DNA of 61,815 nt, the filler included, from Choristocarpus tenellus KU-1152 (lineage: Eukaryota > Protista > Phaeophyceae), in assembly GCA_964200185.2 (NCBI GenBank). It is 11 parts of 11 records of this genome, joined end to end, with 100 filler letters (N's around TTAATTAATTAA, not from the genome) between each part and the next. Parts side by side here need not be neighbours in the genome. Positions count along the whole stretch, not along the records: positions 13,209 to 17,919 come from CAXNAD020013377.1; positions 18,020 to 23,226 come from CAXNAD020011506.1; positions 23,327 to 26,783 come from CAXNAD020019909.1; 8 more parts are not named here. One strand, given 5' to 3'. The position numbers were made by a program, and so were the translations under genes. Positions 13,209 through 26,518 of this stretch are shown here, one piece after another; the first letter of the stretch is position 1; each line of letters begins with the position of its first letter. Under the pieces are notes generated by a model. It did not search any database. It was not told where the DNA came from and was given only the letters and a program-made list of their open reading frames with translations.

Positions 13209-13739
13209 CCTCATGTCAGCCCCCCCTCCACCATGGGCCCCACCACTGGCCGGGGTGATATGCTTCCTCATCCCATCTTCGCCCCTCTGCGAAGTGTCCA
13301 GCTTCTCAAGGGCAATCTCACGAGCAATATGGCTTCCAGCGTTCGAGGAAGAAAGTCTGGGCCAGCGAAGTGCCCTTCGGTTGGCCACGGAATTATCTCG
13401 GGTGGTGGAAGCGCATGTGCTCTCATCGTGATTTACCCCCTTTGCACTAGGTGGGGCACACTGTGACGTACAATTAGTCTGACGGAGCTTAGTGGCATCT
13501 GTTTCTGGCTTTCTTCCGCTATCTGACCCCTCTCCATGGCCAACCGTCCCCTCTTCCGCCATCCTCTCATCGTAGGAATCCGCAGGATCGGGAGGGTAAC
13601 ACTTACCATTGATCTTGGTCTTAAAGGACACATTTTCCGCTGAAAGTGGGACACCGCGATCCTGAGGCTTACCACCGGCCCCAGGTGAAGACCCAGCCCT
13701 CGCGGCCATTGCCCTCGTCATTCTAATTCCTTCGTGCAT
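13209..13739 (-). CDS. 5' part of an unknown low-complexity protein, divergent from the DnaJ gene, cut by contig end
   Basis: ATG-initiated GC-rich frame open for about 177 codons into the linker; no recognisable domain. Confidence 0.55.
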
Positions 13740-14270
13740 AGTGCTATGCCCGACTGGATGGCAGCCCTTATCGAGTCAAAAAAGGACGATGCAGCGCATC
13801 AAGAGATCTGAAGGACGGCGAATCGTACACCTTGTGGACCGTTCGACTTCCGGATCGTGTTCGGTGGATCCTCCGACAGTTCTCACCAGGTTTTGGCCAA
13901 GGGAGAGCGAGAAATTGGACTATGTTGTCCTTCGTGACGGGATATAGTCTTAAGTGTTGCTTAAGAGCTATGGGCGTCGGGCCGGGATGACGCTGGCGTC
14001 TACCCAGAGGCCACAATATACTTTATCAGAGACTGAGTTCCCTCATGCCCCGATCACTTCATTTCTAAGCTTTTGCACCGTCTACAGTGGTATGGCGGCA
14101 AAAGCAGACCATTGTTCAAACTCGACACCCTTCGACATATTTATTAGGGTAAGGGCAAGGTTGATTGATACTTCATCTTTTAAATTTTTCAGTTTTTCTG
14201 TTTTTCAGTTTGAATTTGGGATGGAGGGTAGTGCACTAACCTTGACATCTTCGCAGTCACTACGTGTGTC

Positions 14271-17200
14271 ATGCCTTCTGTTTCAGATCACATCGCCTCC
14301 ATATTTGGGGATGAAACTTCCCTCTACTCCGTGCTGGAAGTGCCTTCAACAGCGACACCTTCCGAGATAAAGAAGGCCTATTTCAAGCTCGCCCTCAAAT
14401 GTGTGAGTTCCACGAACGTCCAACTTCAGACCAACTTCCCTCCTCCGTTCTAGCTACCTTCCCATACTTATTGCAGCACCAATGCATTCATTCGTCGTGG
14501 CTCTATGATTCTGTAAATGATCGATGATATGTCCTCTATTATCTATCTTCTCTTCTGTTCTCTTATGCTGTGTTTGGATGGGTTCAGGCGTTGGACAACT
14601 TTTTGGTAATGGGATGGTGTCGCCTCACAGTATTCTCTGTGCCATGAGTCTAGGCTATGATGTTTGATGCATTTCCACTGTTTGTACGTTCAATAGACAA
14701 GGATGCCTGATTCGTGATCCAGAAGAGAATGTGATGGAGACTAGTGCGCTTTGTTAACAGTGTTGATAAGGTTGCAGTTTGTTGACCTGCATACTCTATC
14801 ACGTTTTTGGTGAAACGGTGAAAACCTCGTGAACGCCCCTCACATCCTCCTTATTCCATCGTTAAGCTTACTTTCGCCGTCCTCGTGTGGGAGGACCTTC
14901 CCCCAAAAACCAGCATCCGGACAAGTGTCCTGGGGACGAGAATGCACACAGTCGTTTTCAGGCCCTGTCAATGGCCCACGCGGTCCTTGCCAACCCTGAG
15001 CAGCGAAAGCTCTATGATGAGACTGGAGATATTGCCGGGGACGAAGAAGAATTGGACGAAGAGGCCTTCGATACTTGGTGAGGACGGATAGTGCGTTACG
15101 GATAAGGTTGAGAAGAGAGGAGCCTGTGGACGTGGGAGGGCGAGTCCTTCCTAGTTATTGTTCGACCGATCTTGGAGAATTATGGTCAGAATGCAGAGGA
15201 AATCTTTTGGAATGAACAGTGAAGATACATCGTGACGGTTGGAAGCTCTGGAGATTGAGTTTCCTGTTTTTACAACTATGGCGTCCAAAATTGCTGGTGT
15301 TGATGTTCGGCAGACTTCAATGAGGATGTGATTGGTTGTTGTTGGCGGTTGACTCTGTTGCTGACTCTGATCTCAGAGTATGCGTCAAGTCAATTTTCCT
15401 TGGAGTGGATTTATCCCCCCCCACCTTGTTATGCCCTAACCTTGACGTTGAAACTTTATACTTGCCCATGTGTCCCTAGCCCATCATTTCTGTTATTGCG
15501 TAGAGTACTTCGCTACACCTTCTACAAGTTTTACGTCAATGATAGTTCAATGTTGCATTGCCTCCATTGCTTTATCAGGTGACCTAAGGTATATTCATTC
15601 ACATATATAACTGAAAACTATGTGGCTCCGTTGCATGTCAAGAAATCTCCCTCCATACCACCATGCCCATGTGTTGCATTACTCTGAACTGATTGACATG
15701 GCATGTGTGATGCCTTCTTTATCTGCCCTTCTGCTAGGTATGGCTACTGGCGCAGTTTGTTTCCCAAGGTTACAACGGCAGGGATTGATTCGTTCAAGAG
15801 CAAGTACCAGGTGACTGTACCACAAATACTAGATTTCCCTACAGTAGAAGCACCTGTGCTCACACTGTAAAAAATGTGCACACCCGCCATGGAAGGTGTA
15901 GAAACCCAACTTGCAACCCTGACTATCCTCTGACCCTGCCACTACGATAAGGTTTTAGACGTAAGCGTTTTCCTCAACAACACACTGGTATAACAGCGGG
16001 GTCAGGTTTGTCTAAAGTCAGCAATTGGGTGTCATTTCTTCCAATGTACACACATCCCAAACACCACCTAACCCTGACACTAACTTTTGCTCCCATGCAC
16101 ACCTTCTACTCGTCAGTAATGCTGTAGTGGCGCAGGGCAGCGGGTAGCTGCACTAAGAGAACCTCAAATCACCTCCGTCCAGCCTGTGTGCAATTCCGGA
16201 AGCCCCACGTATTCGCAGCTTAGGTTGAGATCTCTTTGTGTATCCCAACCCGTATCAACTTGGCAATCTTTTTGGGGTCGCCGCTTAACTATTGACGCTG
16301 GTAGTTTTTCATTTTGGCAAGCGACCGCTACATCCATCCCTGCAAATCAAGCCAGGAGGAAAAGGAGGAGGAGGAGGAGGAAGCGTTTGTTGAAAACATT
16401 AAAAAAAAAAATGGTTATATGCTTTCTGTAAGGGAGGTGGCAATAGTTTTCCCCGAAGATCTCCTTGTCCCTACAAGAGATTATCCATGACTTTTTAGAA
16501 GCAGGTGTGGTCACACTCTTGCGCACCCCACCTGCACAGCCTCCGTCCGTGGTTGGGGGGACGAATTTCGGAGCGCTTACAGTATTGGCCTTGGACTCCC
16601 TCTTTGGAAAGTGCTGGCAACGATAACCGCCTTTTTGTTGTTTACCTTTGTACAACCTCCATGACATTTGTTTCTTGTCAGGGCTCTGAGGAAGAGGTAC
16701 GGGACGTACTCAAGGCATACAACAGTTCAGATGGAGACATGGGGGTGATAATCGACAGTGTCATGCTTGCCACCGAAGGTGAATGTAGGCGCTAGGGTTA
16801 GGGTTAGGGCGTGTGCCGTGACCTGAGGCTGAGCTCATTCTCTCTCGGGGAGGGGGGCGCGAATCTCGATTGCGGAGCTCTCTTTGAAATTCCTTTTTTT
16901 CGACGCCGGTAGACATTCCAGTACAACAACCGTTGCTTCCTCCTCCTTCGTCGTCTTCGCTGTACCCCTTGTTTCATCTGAAGTTGATTCATCGATTCAT
17001 CCCAATCTCTCTATCTCTCTCTCTATCTCCCTCTCTCTCTCTCTCCAAAACCTTTCCATCCCTGAGGGCTTTTTCTTTGAGTCCTTGGCGGCAATCCACG
17101 TGACCAAAGCTAGCCAGCCGCCCTTGAACTATATGTCCCACACCTCCTGTCAAATCTGTGCCTTAATGCGGCTGCTATCATGGGGCCCTTACATCTAATT

Positions 17201-17390
17201 CGCAACCAACCGATTTTTGTGCCCTCGTGTGCCGTTCTTGCAAGTAGGGGATAGTGAGCGGTTTGAGGACATAATCAAGGAGGCCATTGCCAAGGGGGAT
17301 GCTACAGAGCTCTCGGGATTTTGTCTGGGTCCAAAGAAAGGAAGGAAGGGGGGGAAGGCTGCTGCCAAGCGAAAGGCGAGGATGGAAAAG
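14271..17390 (+). CDS. DNAJC9: DnaJ subfamily C member 9-like co-chaperone, first five exons (3' end missing)
   Basis: Exons 14271-14402, 14914-15077, 15738-15810, 16682-16778 and 17248-17390, all GT-AG and in phase; J-domain LYSVLEV...IKKAYFKLALKC|HPDK...RKLYDETG followed by WYGYWRSLFPKVT...FKSKYQGSEEEVRDVLKAY typical of DNAJC9. Confidence 0.93.
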
Positions 17391-18019
17391 GTGACCACAG
17401 AGAGCATGTTAAGCGCCTTGTAGTAAATCTCCCCTGCGTGCCGTCTTCTACGCCCCCTTAGCCGCCTACACATTCTCTGTGGTGTCTTTATGATGGCATC
17501 CTGGTGGTTCACCTACTGTCGACCCTTGGCCCATATACTATAGTATGCACGCAGACCCTGGGCCACGTAGATTCAAATTGGACCCTGAGGTAACAGTGTA
17601 GAAGCAGTGAAGAGATTGAAGGTATATACCTCTGAGAACCACGGGGGTATTTGCATGGTACAATTTCCTGTGATCAGTCCATTGTCTTCCTCCGTCAACA
17701 GATTGATTACTCCATCGGTCCCCTCCTTCACTCAGCACAGATGTGTTGATGTCTGCTGATGTCTGTAGAGGGTGCTGTTCTAGAGGGGCGTGCTGTCAGC
17801 GGGACAGAGTCAGTGCTTCCAGGCAAATCGGTTGATAAAACAGTAACCCCCCCCCACCCACCCCCCACGCACCACCCCCCAACACACACCTCCTCTGCTT
17901 ATCCTGATGGTCCCGGGCGNNNNNNNNNNNNNNNNNNNNNNNNNNNNNNNNNNNNNNNNNNNNTTAATTAATTAANNNNNNNNNNNNNNNNNNNNNNNNN
18001 NNNNNNNNNNNNNNNNNNN

Positions 18020-18093
18020 GTCAGGGAAAAAAAGAGTTGTTTGATCGAAACGGACGCCCCCTCACACCCCCCCCCCCCCCAGATATTTTGATC
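18020..18093. mobile_element. MITE subfamily B, terminal fragment at contig start
   Basis: aaaagagttgtttgatcgaaacggacgcccc-polyC-agatattttgatcc matches 5995-6069. Confidence 0.85.
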
Positions 18094-19207
18094 CTCCAAC
18101 CTAGCTTAGTCCTGCACTCCAGGGTGAGGAGTTAGGGAAGCATCCCAAGAATCTAACAAGCCTCTCCTTGCCCATCTCCCTGGTGTCTCGAGATTAAAAC
18201 GCATGACACGTCGAGATAGTGCTACTTACATTGTGACTGAGACTATCTGGCGTAGACGGGGTTTGACCACCCCTTTTCTTGTGTAGCCTCCTGTCCCTCT
18301 CCCCCCTACCGCGTGCATAGCTAGCTCATCCAGAAAACTTCCGCTTGCTTACCGAGGCGCCCAAAACTTTCCACCTCGAAGGTGTTGAGGTTATAACTAC
18401 GAGGGTCAAAATATACTTCGTAGTGAGTGCGCTCTCGCGGCTCAGCTCCCGTCCAGCAGCAGATACACCATTGCTGGCGGATGAGTGAGGTAGGTGGGAG
18501 GCTGCTTGCATTTCTCCAAACGGAAGATCGAGGAGGAGGCCTTCGTGTTGGTAGGGACCTGATCCTGCGTCCGCATAGAACACCAGATCCACCCTACTAA
18601 TAATAAATTAGTATCAATTAAACACTCTAACTTAATAGACTTGTATCTTTGAACTTCAGTTAGTACACCATTAAAAAATAAGACACGCCTTCCATCTCCA
18701 GATAATCAAAACTATATATATATAGTATAAGACATGTTATGAATAGAAACTGAGTTCAAAAATGAGTATTAGGTATCAGAGACAACATTACCACAAACTA
18801 CAAAGTCTTTTTTATAGGAGAATAGTGTTTATGTTATGTCTCCGCCATGGAACAATATCCTAAAAAATTGAATTTCTGAATTTCTAACCAAATGCAAAAA
18901 TATTGGTAAAAAATGTCTAGAAAAAGTACACCAACGAAAAGCGAAATCTCGACCAAAAATGGAGTGAGAGGTGATGAGATTCCAAACTACTGTTGTTCGA
19001 ACTTGGTGCACTTCTTTGTGGACAGAGTGCTGAGGAATCAGCCTCCCGCTGCAAAGGAAGTACTGTTCAGAGTTCTTTGCGAGCCGCGAATAATCATCGT
19101 GGCAAGTTAGTCGCTTTGAATGTCGGCGCAAGAGGATATGCCCCCAGCAACCCCAGTTGTTGGGAAAGAGGGCTTACCTGATCGCAAAGGGTCGCCAATG
19201 CCCCCAC

Positions 19208-19652
19208 CCCCACCATTTAACACCCCTACAGTCAGGTATGATAGTTTGGTATTTAGTTTCTTNNNNNNNNNNGTGTGAATTCTGACTAGTGGATTCAAGC
19301 CTCTGATAGGTCATGTCTTGCTCATCGCTGCCCTCTATTCTACTGACGTTCTCATAGCCCCACCATTTAACACCCCTACAGTCAGGTATGATAGTTTGGT
19401 ATCTAGTTTCTTTCTCGGTGTTTGTTAATGTGGCAGACCTTTGTGTTACTTCCATTGCGAGAACAACAGAACTCCACACCCGTTACTGTGTCAGTTTGAC
19501 AAGAGGGCGACTGTTGATCATTCACTTGGAAGATATATCTACGTTGGATGTTATTTGGCGTATGAATTCTGACTAGTGGATTCAAGCCTCTGATAGGTCA
19601 TGTCTTGCACATCGCTGCCCTCTATTCTACTGACGTTCTCATAGCCCCACCA
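19208..19652. repeat. ~287-bp direct duplication overlapping a 10-N gap
   Basis: 19208-19262 matches 19358-19412; 19277-19365 matches 19564-19652, both near-identical. Confidence 0.8.
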
Positions 19653-19699
19653 GCCTACCACCAAAGAACACCTCCGACACGATCTCTTTTGCCACGTGC

Positions 19700-20120
19700 A
19701 GCCTTTCTATGACTCTTCTTCTACCAACCACTTTGTTGAAGACTAATTCTTCCAGGGTGTGTATAGCGATTTCTCTTTTAGCAGTTAACTCGTGGAGTGC
19801 TTTGTGATGCGGCAAGGAATGATTCGTATTAGTACCTCCCTCCCTTGGTTACTAACACCAAATTCACCTCCCTGTCCATTTGTCCCTTTCCCTCCATCAG
19901 TACTCTCCCTGAAGCACCTGGCCTCTCTGTAGCGTCGGGTGACACACAACATGGAGGTGAGGGATGTAAATGCACGCATTCTTACCAGGCTTCGCTACCC
20001 CAACCTCCTTACCAAGCACAATCCGTGAGCATAACCCACCCACCTCTGTTATGAAGTCGCCCTCTGTAGTAGTTACGAGCATGATGCTATGTGCTGTCAA
20101 CCTCCATCTTGGATGATGGG
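19700..20120 (-). pseudogene. Degenerate LINE apurinic-endonuclease fragment
   Basis: EGDFITEVG resembles GDFNAxVG; downstream SNQGREVL resembles NxNGxxLL; frameshifted. Confidence 0.35.
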
Positions 20121-20375
20121 GCTTCCACTCTCTAACTATTACATATGTCGGCGCCTGCCGTCTCCAGTCCCTGTGCTATTTTCTCCTGTGTAATTTTGTA
20201 ATATGGTGCCATGCGATCCTTACTGTACCCTTTCTATATCTTGCCTACCTCAAATGATTTTCTTGCTCAACTTGACATCACCTTGCCTCCTCGTCCTATC
20301 CCTTTATTCGGCTCTTTTTGACCACGGCGGACAGTCACTGGCTCAACGCTTGCAGATAAACTCTCTGGTCTGAAC

Positions 20376-21897
20376 ATGGTGTCTTCTGGAGGTGCTGGAG
20401 ATTATGGTGAGGTTTTTGGCCCTAACTATATGTGTATGCGTACATACATACCCTCTCCCCTTCCTGCCCATGCGCTTGTGTGAAGAAGGCAAAGTAACAC
20501 ATGCACTTGTGATGTGACAATCACAACACCTTCTATATTTTGTTCCAAGTTTTTTGTTTGTTCTTCAATGAATATGCTTGGAGTATCTAGTTGATGGCTC
20601 CTCATGCACTAGGTTCAAGCGGGTCACCTTGTTTGAATATCCTTTAATTTGATGTGCTCTTCTCTTTCCACCCCAAACCTACTCTTGTCGATTGTGTGTG
20701 ATCTTCCCCATGTGCCGAACCTTAGCACTTGGTCTCTGTTTATGCATCACCACGTCTGTTGATGAGTGACCCTTGCCCTCCCTCTCTCCCTCCCCCTCTC
20801 TTGAATCCCCTTATCCCTCATTGGAGACCACAACTTGCGAGTAGAAGAAGCCCGTTCACAGGAGGAGCAGGAGACCGAGGCTGATGATGATACATCGTCA
20901 GCAGACAACTCTGTCCTACGTGCATCTCTCAGAGCTGCCGGCATAGGTTTAGAGGAAGAGGAGGAAGATGTGATTGACCTAGGCGTGGAGGACGAGGAAG
21001 ATGAGGTAAAACACAACCTGACATTTACAACAACTTTTATGATGTTGTAACAGCACATATATATATATATATAGTCTACTACTTTGGTAGGAGAAATATG
21101 AGTTCATTCCTTTGCTCTATTTTAATGGTGATTAGGGGGGTGGGGGGGATACCGTATGCCACGATGACCAGCTCCGTATTGAATTGTTAGCGATGTGTAC
21201 ATATATAAATGATGTTTCACCTCTCAAGTTTTGTTTTTATTTTTCTTGTCAAATAGAGCGCCGTGCTTCATCCCACTCGAACTAACTTCAAGCAAAATTT
21301 GATTTTTTTTTGTAATGGAGCTGGAGGATGATGAGGTAGATCTTCCTCCTGAGGTGATGAAACGGCTGTACCATCTCAAGGCCCTGCAGGAGGAAAGGAA
21401 TGCGGTGAGAGGGAGAAAGGGGGAGGGGGGTGAGGGTTGAGGGGTTCTTTTGGTTTGTGCTGCTAGTTGTTGTTGGCTGTAGAGTGGGGATGGTGCAGGT
21501 GGGATATGAGGTGAAGGTCTTGACCATTTGTTGTATGAAAAATGTGCAAATATGTGGTTGTATTGAAGGTTGGAGGGCAGTGGAAGTGATGGAGTAATAG
21601 ATGTATACAACAGAATCATTATGACTTATATAATAATAGTAACATTCGTGGACCTTTTTTTTTCAACCCCTGCTTGAAGCGCTCTACTGAGTGTGCTTTT
21701 ATCATTTTATATTTTGTGTGTAAACTGTAGATATGCACAATTATGTGCTTGTGGTGTACACTACTAATTTGTGCTGTGATAATAGGTAGCACGATCTCAA
21801 AAGGTGTCATTTTGTTTTTTTAGGATAGTTTAGTGTAACAGGTCTTTATATTTTTTTGAGTCAATCACTGTCATTTGTTGGCTTTGCTCGCACAATT

Positions 21898-21930
<33 letters not shown>

Positions 21931-22641
21931 GATATATTTTTTCATGAGAACATGTGGATAAAGGTATGGTGCCGTTGTTTGATGTCTTTGCTGTCCTGCT
22001 TAAACATCCGATAGAGAGAGAGAGAGAGAGAGGTAATTGTTGTGTATGCCAGCCTGTCTGATATATGCATTCTTAGAAATGGTGGAGGGAGGTAAAGCCA
22101 CATTGGTACTGTGTAATACATTTCAATACGGCAAGACATTGGCTACATCTGGATCGAAATATTATTTTACATTTATGTAATCAACTGTTCAGAGGAGGTA
22201 CTTTGTATATTATTTTATTTCAACTACGTAGGAAGTAGTACAGTAACAGATTGAACAAGTATGAATCAGTGGTATCGATAGTACTAATGACCCGTGTCGT
22301 TGGGTTGCTTGTATGTTATACACGGTGAAGACGTTCTGTCCCTGCGCAACTCCGTCCTATCCCCTTCTGTGTATGTATCTCTCTCATACGCTGTTAAAAT
22401 CGATGTATCTATTTTACCACTGTATTATGTGGGAAGGCGTATGAGGCATACAAGGAGGAGAGGGTGGCCTTGGAAAGGCGGTACTCGGAGGTGTACTCAA
22501 GCATATACGCCAAGAGAGCAAATGTTGTTAATGGGCGCTCTTCCTCAGCCTCTGTTAGTGACGGTGCTGGCGCTGGTGCTGGTGCTGCTGGAGGGGGTGA
22601 CGGTGGTGATGGCGCTGTTACGGGCGCAGCCACCGCAGGGG
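20376..22641 (+). CDS. NAP1: Nucleosome assembly protein 1-like, N-terminal exons (partial)
   Basis: Exons ~20376-20406, 20827-21005, 21321-21404 and 22437-22641 in phase; acidic leader then LPPEVMKRLYHLKALQEERNA|AYEAYKEERVALERRYSEVYSSIYAKRANVVNG, the NAP dimerisation helix. Confidence 0.85.
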
Positions 22642-23328
22642 GTGAGAGTGATGAATGGGTGCTGAGCTGAAATTGAAATTGGAAGTGTAGCTGCGATGCA
22701 ACAAGGGAGTATGCGTGACTTGGGTTAGGGTGCACGTTGCTGTTTTTTTTGTTTTTTTTTGTCGGATTGATTAATTGGTTGGGTTGTGTAGGTTATGTTT
22801 GTGTGCAGCGCGTAACATGGCTCGGTCTCAAGTGACTGCAGCACAGCGTCCAAGAGAGGGGGAAAAGGTGCATTGGGTGAAGATGACGATGGGGGGCTGG
22901 CTATATGCTGGTGCTGGCGGCGGGGATGAGTTTGATTTCTGGGAGTCAGTAATTTTTTTTGTTTGTTCTTTTTTGTTGTGTTAACTATTTTCATACGAAA
23001 ATAGTTAGAAGATGAGTAGATAGCGAGGAGGGTATGGCCAATGTTTAGGTATGTCGACTCTTCCATAACATTGCCGTGATACTTGTTTGTGGTGTTTTCA
23101 CTACAGGTGCGCTCACCTTTCGCGATTTGATTTATCGGTAAGATGCACAATACGAGGCAGCTGTTATTGGCAGATTTGAGGTGTTTAGTGTATGGTAGCT
23201 TTCGTTTGCCCCCCCCCCCCCCCCCCNNNNNNNNNNNNNNNNNNNNNNNNNNNNNNNNNNNNNNNNNNNNTTAATTAATTAANNNNNNNNNNNNNNNNNN
23301 NNNNNNNNNNNNNNNNNNNNNNNNNNCT

Positions 23329-23503
23329 CAATCAAAGTGTCTGGGGGGGGGTCTACACCAGGGTGTCCATTCGGGCCCTAACCAGGAGAAGTGCACTTGC
23401 ATTATCCATCCAACGCATGCAACCAAATCATTAACAAATCGCAACATGGAAAAATGGACCCTGATTGGACAGCTGCCATCCCTCCCCCCAGATACTTCAA
23501 GGC
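23329..23503. mobile_element. MITE subfamily C, diverged copy
   Basis: Reverse-complement homolog of 3044-3226; TIR remnants caaagtgtctgggg / ccccagatacttcaaggc. Confidence 0.85.
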
Positions 23504-23957
23504 AAAAAGATAACAAAACGAAAAATCGGATTGAAACATAGTTGTAGTGATGCAAAGGTTTGGCTTCAGTCACATCATCCCACACAGCCACTGTTGACGG
23601 AATCATCAACCCAGGATGCTTTGCTCACAAGATTCCATAAATAATTGAGGACAACCAACTTGTGCAACCTTTTTTGAGCACATTTTTGACGACAGTATGC
23701 TCTTGGATATATCCCCAAGCTATGTGCTAAAGATATTGCTGGGGTTGAAGTACACAGTACTATTTAGAGAGACCAGGAATTGTTGCCTATGTAGACCATT
23801 GGGCACCACTACCCAAGTGTTTTTCATAACCAATAGCATCATGTTGCTTGGGCCTGATGTATCAAAATCGACTCTCGGTTTTCAATTTTAAAGTCCTACT
23901 TCCTCCATAAGCTTGCAAAAAGAACAGACCTAAGACTTGGCATTATTCCCAAACCAT

Positions 23958-26518
23958 CTAGGTGGCGTGATTGCTCTGCCTTTCTCTGACTTGCTTCTTG
24001 AACAGAGGCTTGTCCTCCTCTGATAGGTGTGGCAGGTTGGGCAAATCAAATGGTAATGATGCGTGGTTGTGCACCCACTGCATGATGGGTCCGGCCTTGC
24101 CAACACCAGAGAAAAATCTAGAGAGAACAAAGGGTGCAACAACTGGGTGTTGGTGCATGCATGACATTTCTGGCCACAAGTCTGTTTATAGTCTCCAACA
24201 GAGATACTGTTTCATTTGGTCTAGGAAGTGCAAATAAAGGGCCCCACTGTAGTTGGGCACTATCTGTCTTCGTGGAGGTAATCCAACCCTAGGATTAAGA
24301 TCAATGCTCGAGATTCAGTTTGCTTGAGAGTTTGTAGTGTATTTTTGAGGCATTGTTGACCAGTGAGGGTATTGCTACAGACTTTAGAAAAGGAAAGTGA
24401 GGATACAGGCCATACAACTCCCTCCCTAACTGCACTCCACTCCGTAAGACTTTTCTGCACCTGTATGGCGGCCCCTTGTCGTACGCAGGCAGCAGGAGGA
24501 TGGCAGGGAGTGTAGGTAGGGTTATACCCAGGTTGGGTGGGGGTGTTTCCTTTGTAACATCCATGGATACCACCAGAACGGATGGTGTGCCTAAATCTCG
24601 AAAGCGCTTACCCACACGCTGTAGACCATTAACAGAGTAGTTGAACACCAAAGCACAATCAGCCCCTTTTTTGGTCAGTACATCACACCCATGGACAAGG
24701 TTATGGTCTGATGTGTCCACTTTTGAAGGGAAATTTCCTCACGATTCACACAACGAATAAGAGTATATGTGATAAAAAAAATATTCCACGATGAAGGTGA
24801 ATACATACCAATAGGAAAGAAATACACAAACAAGAAAATCATCCAGCTCTAACAGAAAATGAAAACAATATATATCAGGGTCCATAATATTACACTTGGG
24901 CAGCGAGGTCATCAAAAGAAACCTTGACAGCAGTAATGTGTGCATTGTCTAAAATTGCTCCTGCCTGTTTATCCAAGTCCAAATGGGTTAGGCATTAGAA
25001 TTGGTGGGTGTGGCAATTTGCCCAAGCAATATTTGTGTGCACACTACTATTCATTCAAGGAAGTAAGAGGTCGATCCTGTAAAAATCATTTTGACATACA
25101 ATTTGACATACAATGATTTTAGCTTTTTCAAGCGCTTCAATAAGCCAACCAAAGTGTGTCTGTCACCTTGTAGTACGGTACCAAGTGACTGCACTGCTCA
25201 CATTCCTGCATAGATCACAGGGGATGGTAGAGTTACAGGTGATGTGAGTGCATACCCAAGTGTCATGCAGTGGTGTGGGGTATTTGTGAGAGTTACCAAA
25301 CTTGGTATATATATTGGGGGGGGGATTAGAAAACAGTGCTTATTTTATGTGAGTTAGCCTGTCAGTGCATACGGAGTAATGGGGAAATAACTGTGTTTGG
25401 GACAAACCTGGGAGTGCAACATTACTAAGACATCATGCTCTTCATTAAGCACCACTTCCTCAAATGAATCTTGAGTCACCTGTCCAAACCACAACCACCG
25501 GGCAATAAGAAACAGGACATAGGTATGGTGCTCTACTTGCAGAACTTCAATGTAGAAGAGGAGCAATAATTATCTATCCACTCCATGCTAATTGCACCCC
25601 TACTCCACAACTACTACCACATTTTGGATGTGTTTACCATTTACACTTTCACGCTTTTATACCTACTACTGGTATTTGTGGGAGGACTTTCATTTTTTCT
25701 TAAGAATAGACCAAAAATGTGTGGCTAACTACATCTGAGACAGAAAGAGCTTCAATGCCTGAAGAACCAGTGAGGGGAGGTCATGCTACTGTTTCACAAC
25801 TCTCCAGTACATTTCACGTCAGAAGGAACCAACAAGCAATGGTCAACAATATTCAGTAGTGTATTGGTGACACTGCAACACCACAGTAAAGCTTACCTGG
25901 ACAACACAATCGTCTGGTTTAAACTGCTCAGACACACCCTGCACCTCCTTGGATGGCTTCTTGACTTCTTTTCTAAACACTGTATTGTGAGTGCTTGTAA
26001 GGTGCGTTCTGGTGAGTGCTTTCTTGACATCAGCTCCTGTCTGAAGCTGGCCGCTCAAGTAGGCAGAACAGAATAGCAGCAGTGTCTCTCGGTTCACTGG
26101 TAGCTCCTCAGGAAAGGGAAGTGACTGACCTTGGAGAGTGTTGAATGCTATCTGAGGAAGTCGCTCCTTGCTTCCTGAGCAAGAGGTGGGTGAAAGGTTG
26201 AAAGATGTAGGCAAGAAAATCTGGTGGTATCATACACGAGTCACAAGACACGCTGACCTGAAAGATCCCACACCTGTGCATTACACTTCAGTGCGGTAAT
26301 ACTGATATCATCCTTGAAGATCATACCATGTTCAGAAATCTGGAATTTCCTAACTCTCAGCAGATCAGAAAGTAGTTAAAGGTCAGACCTGGAGTGTTGA
26401 CTGTGATGATGTTTCACTTTTGACAATAGCAAAGGTTTGTCTCACCAAAGAGTCCTAATGTCTTCATACTGTCTGCAAATGCCACCCCATCAGCGTAGAG
26501 GAAGGAGATTCGTCCTCT
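23958..26518 (-). CDS. Protein disulfide isomerase-like protein, C-terminal b'/a' thioredoxin domains (partial)
   Basis: In-phase exons 26446-26518, 25897-26174, 25408-25479, 25167-25205, 24461-24618 and ~23958-24117; VTQDSFEEVVLNEEHDVLVMLHSQ|ECEQCSHLVPYYK|RVGKRF...VVSMDVT is a thioredoxin fold with CxxC. Confidence 0.85.

Noticed and set aside
19208-19652. Duplication as a pair of LTRs
   Set aside because: Near-identical copies straddle a scaffold gap and lack TG...CA, PBS or PPT; may be a tandem repeat or assembly overlap
14271-22641. Apparent cluster of two histone chaperones (DNAJC9 and NAP1)
   Set aside because: Separated by an artificial linker at 17920-18019; physical adjacency is not established
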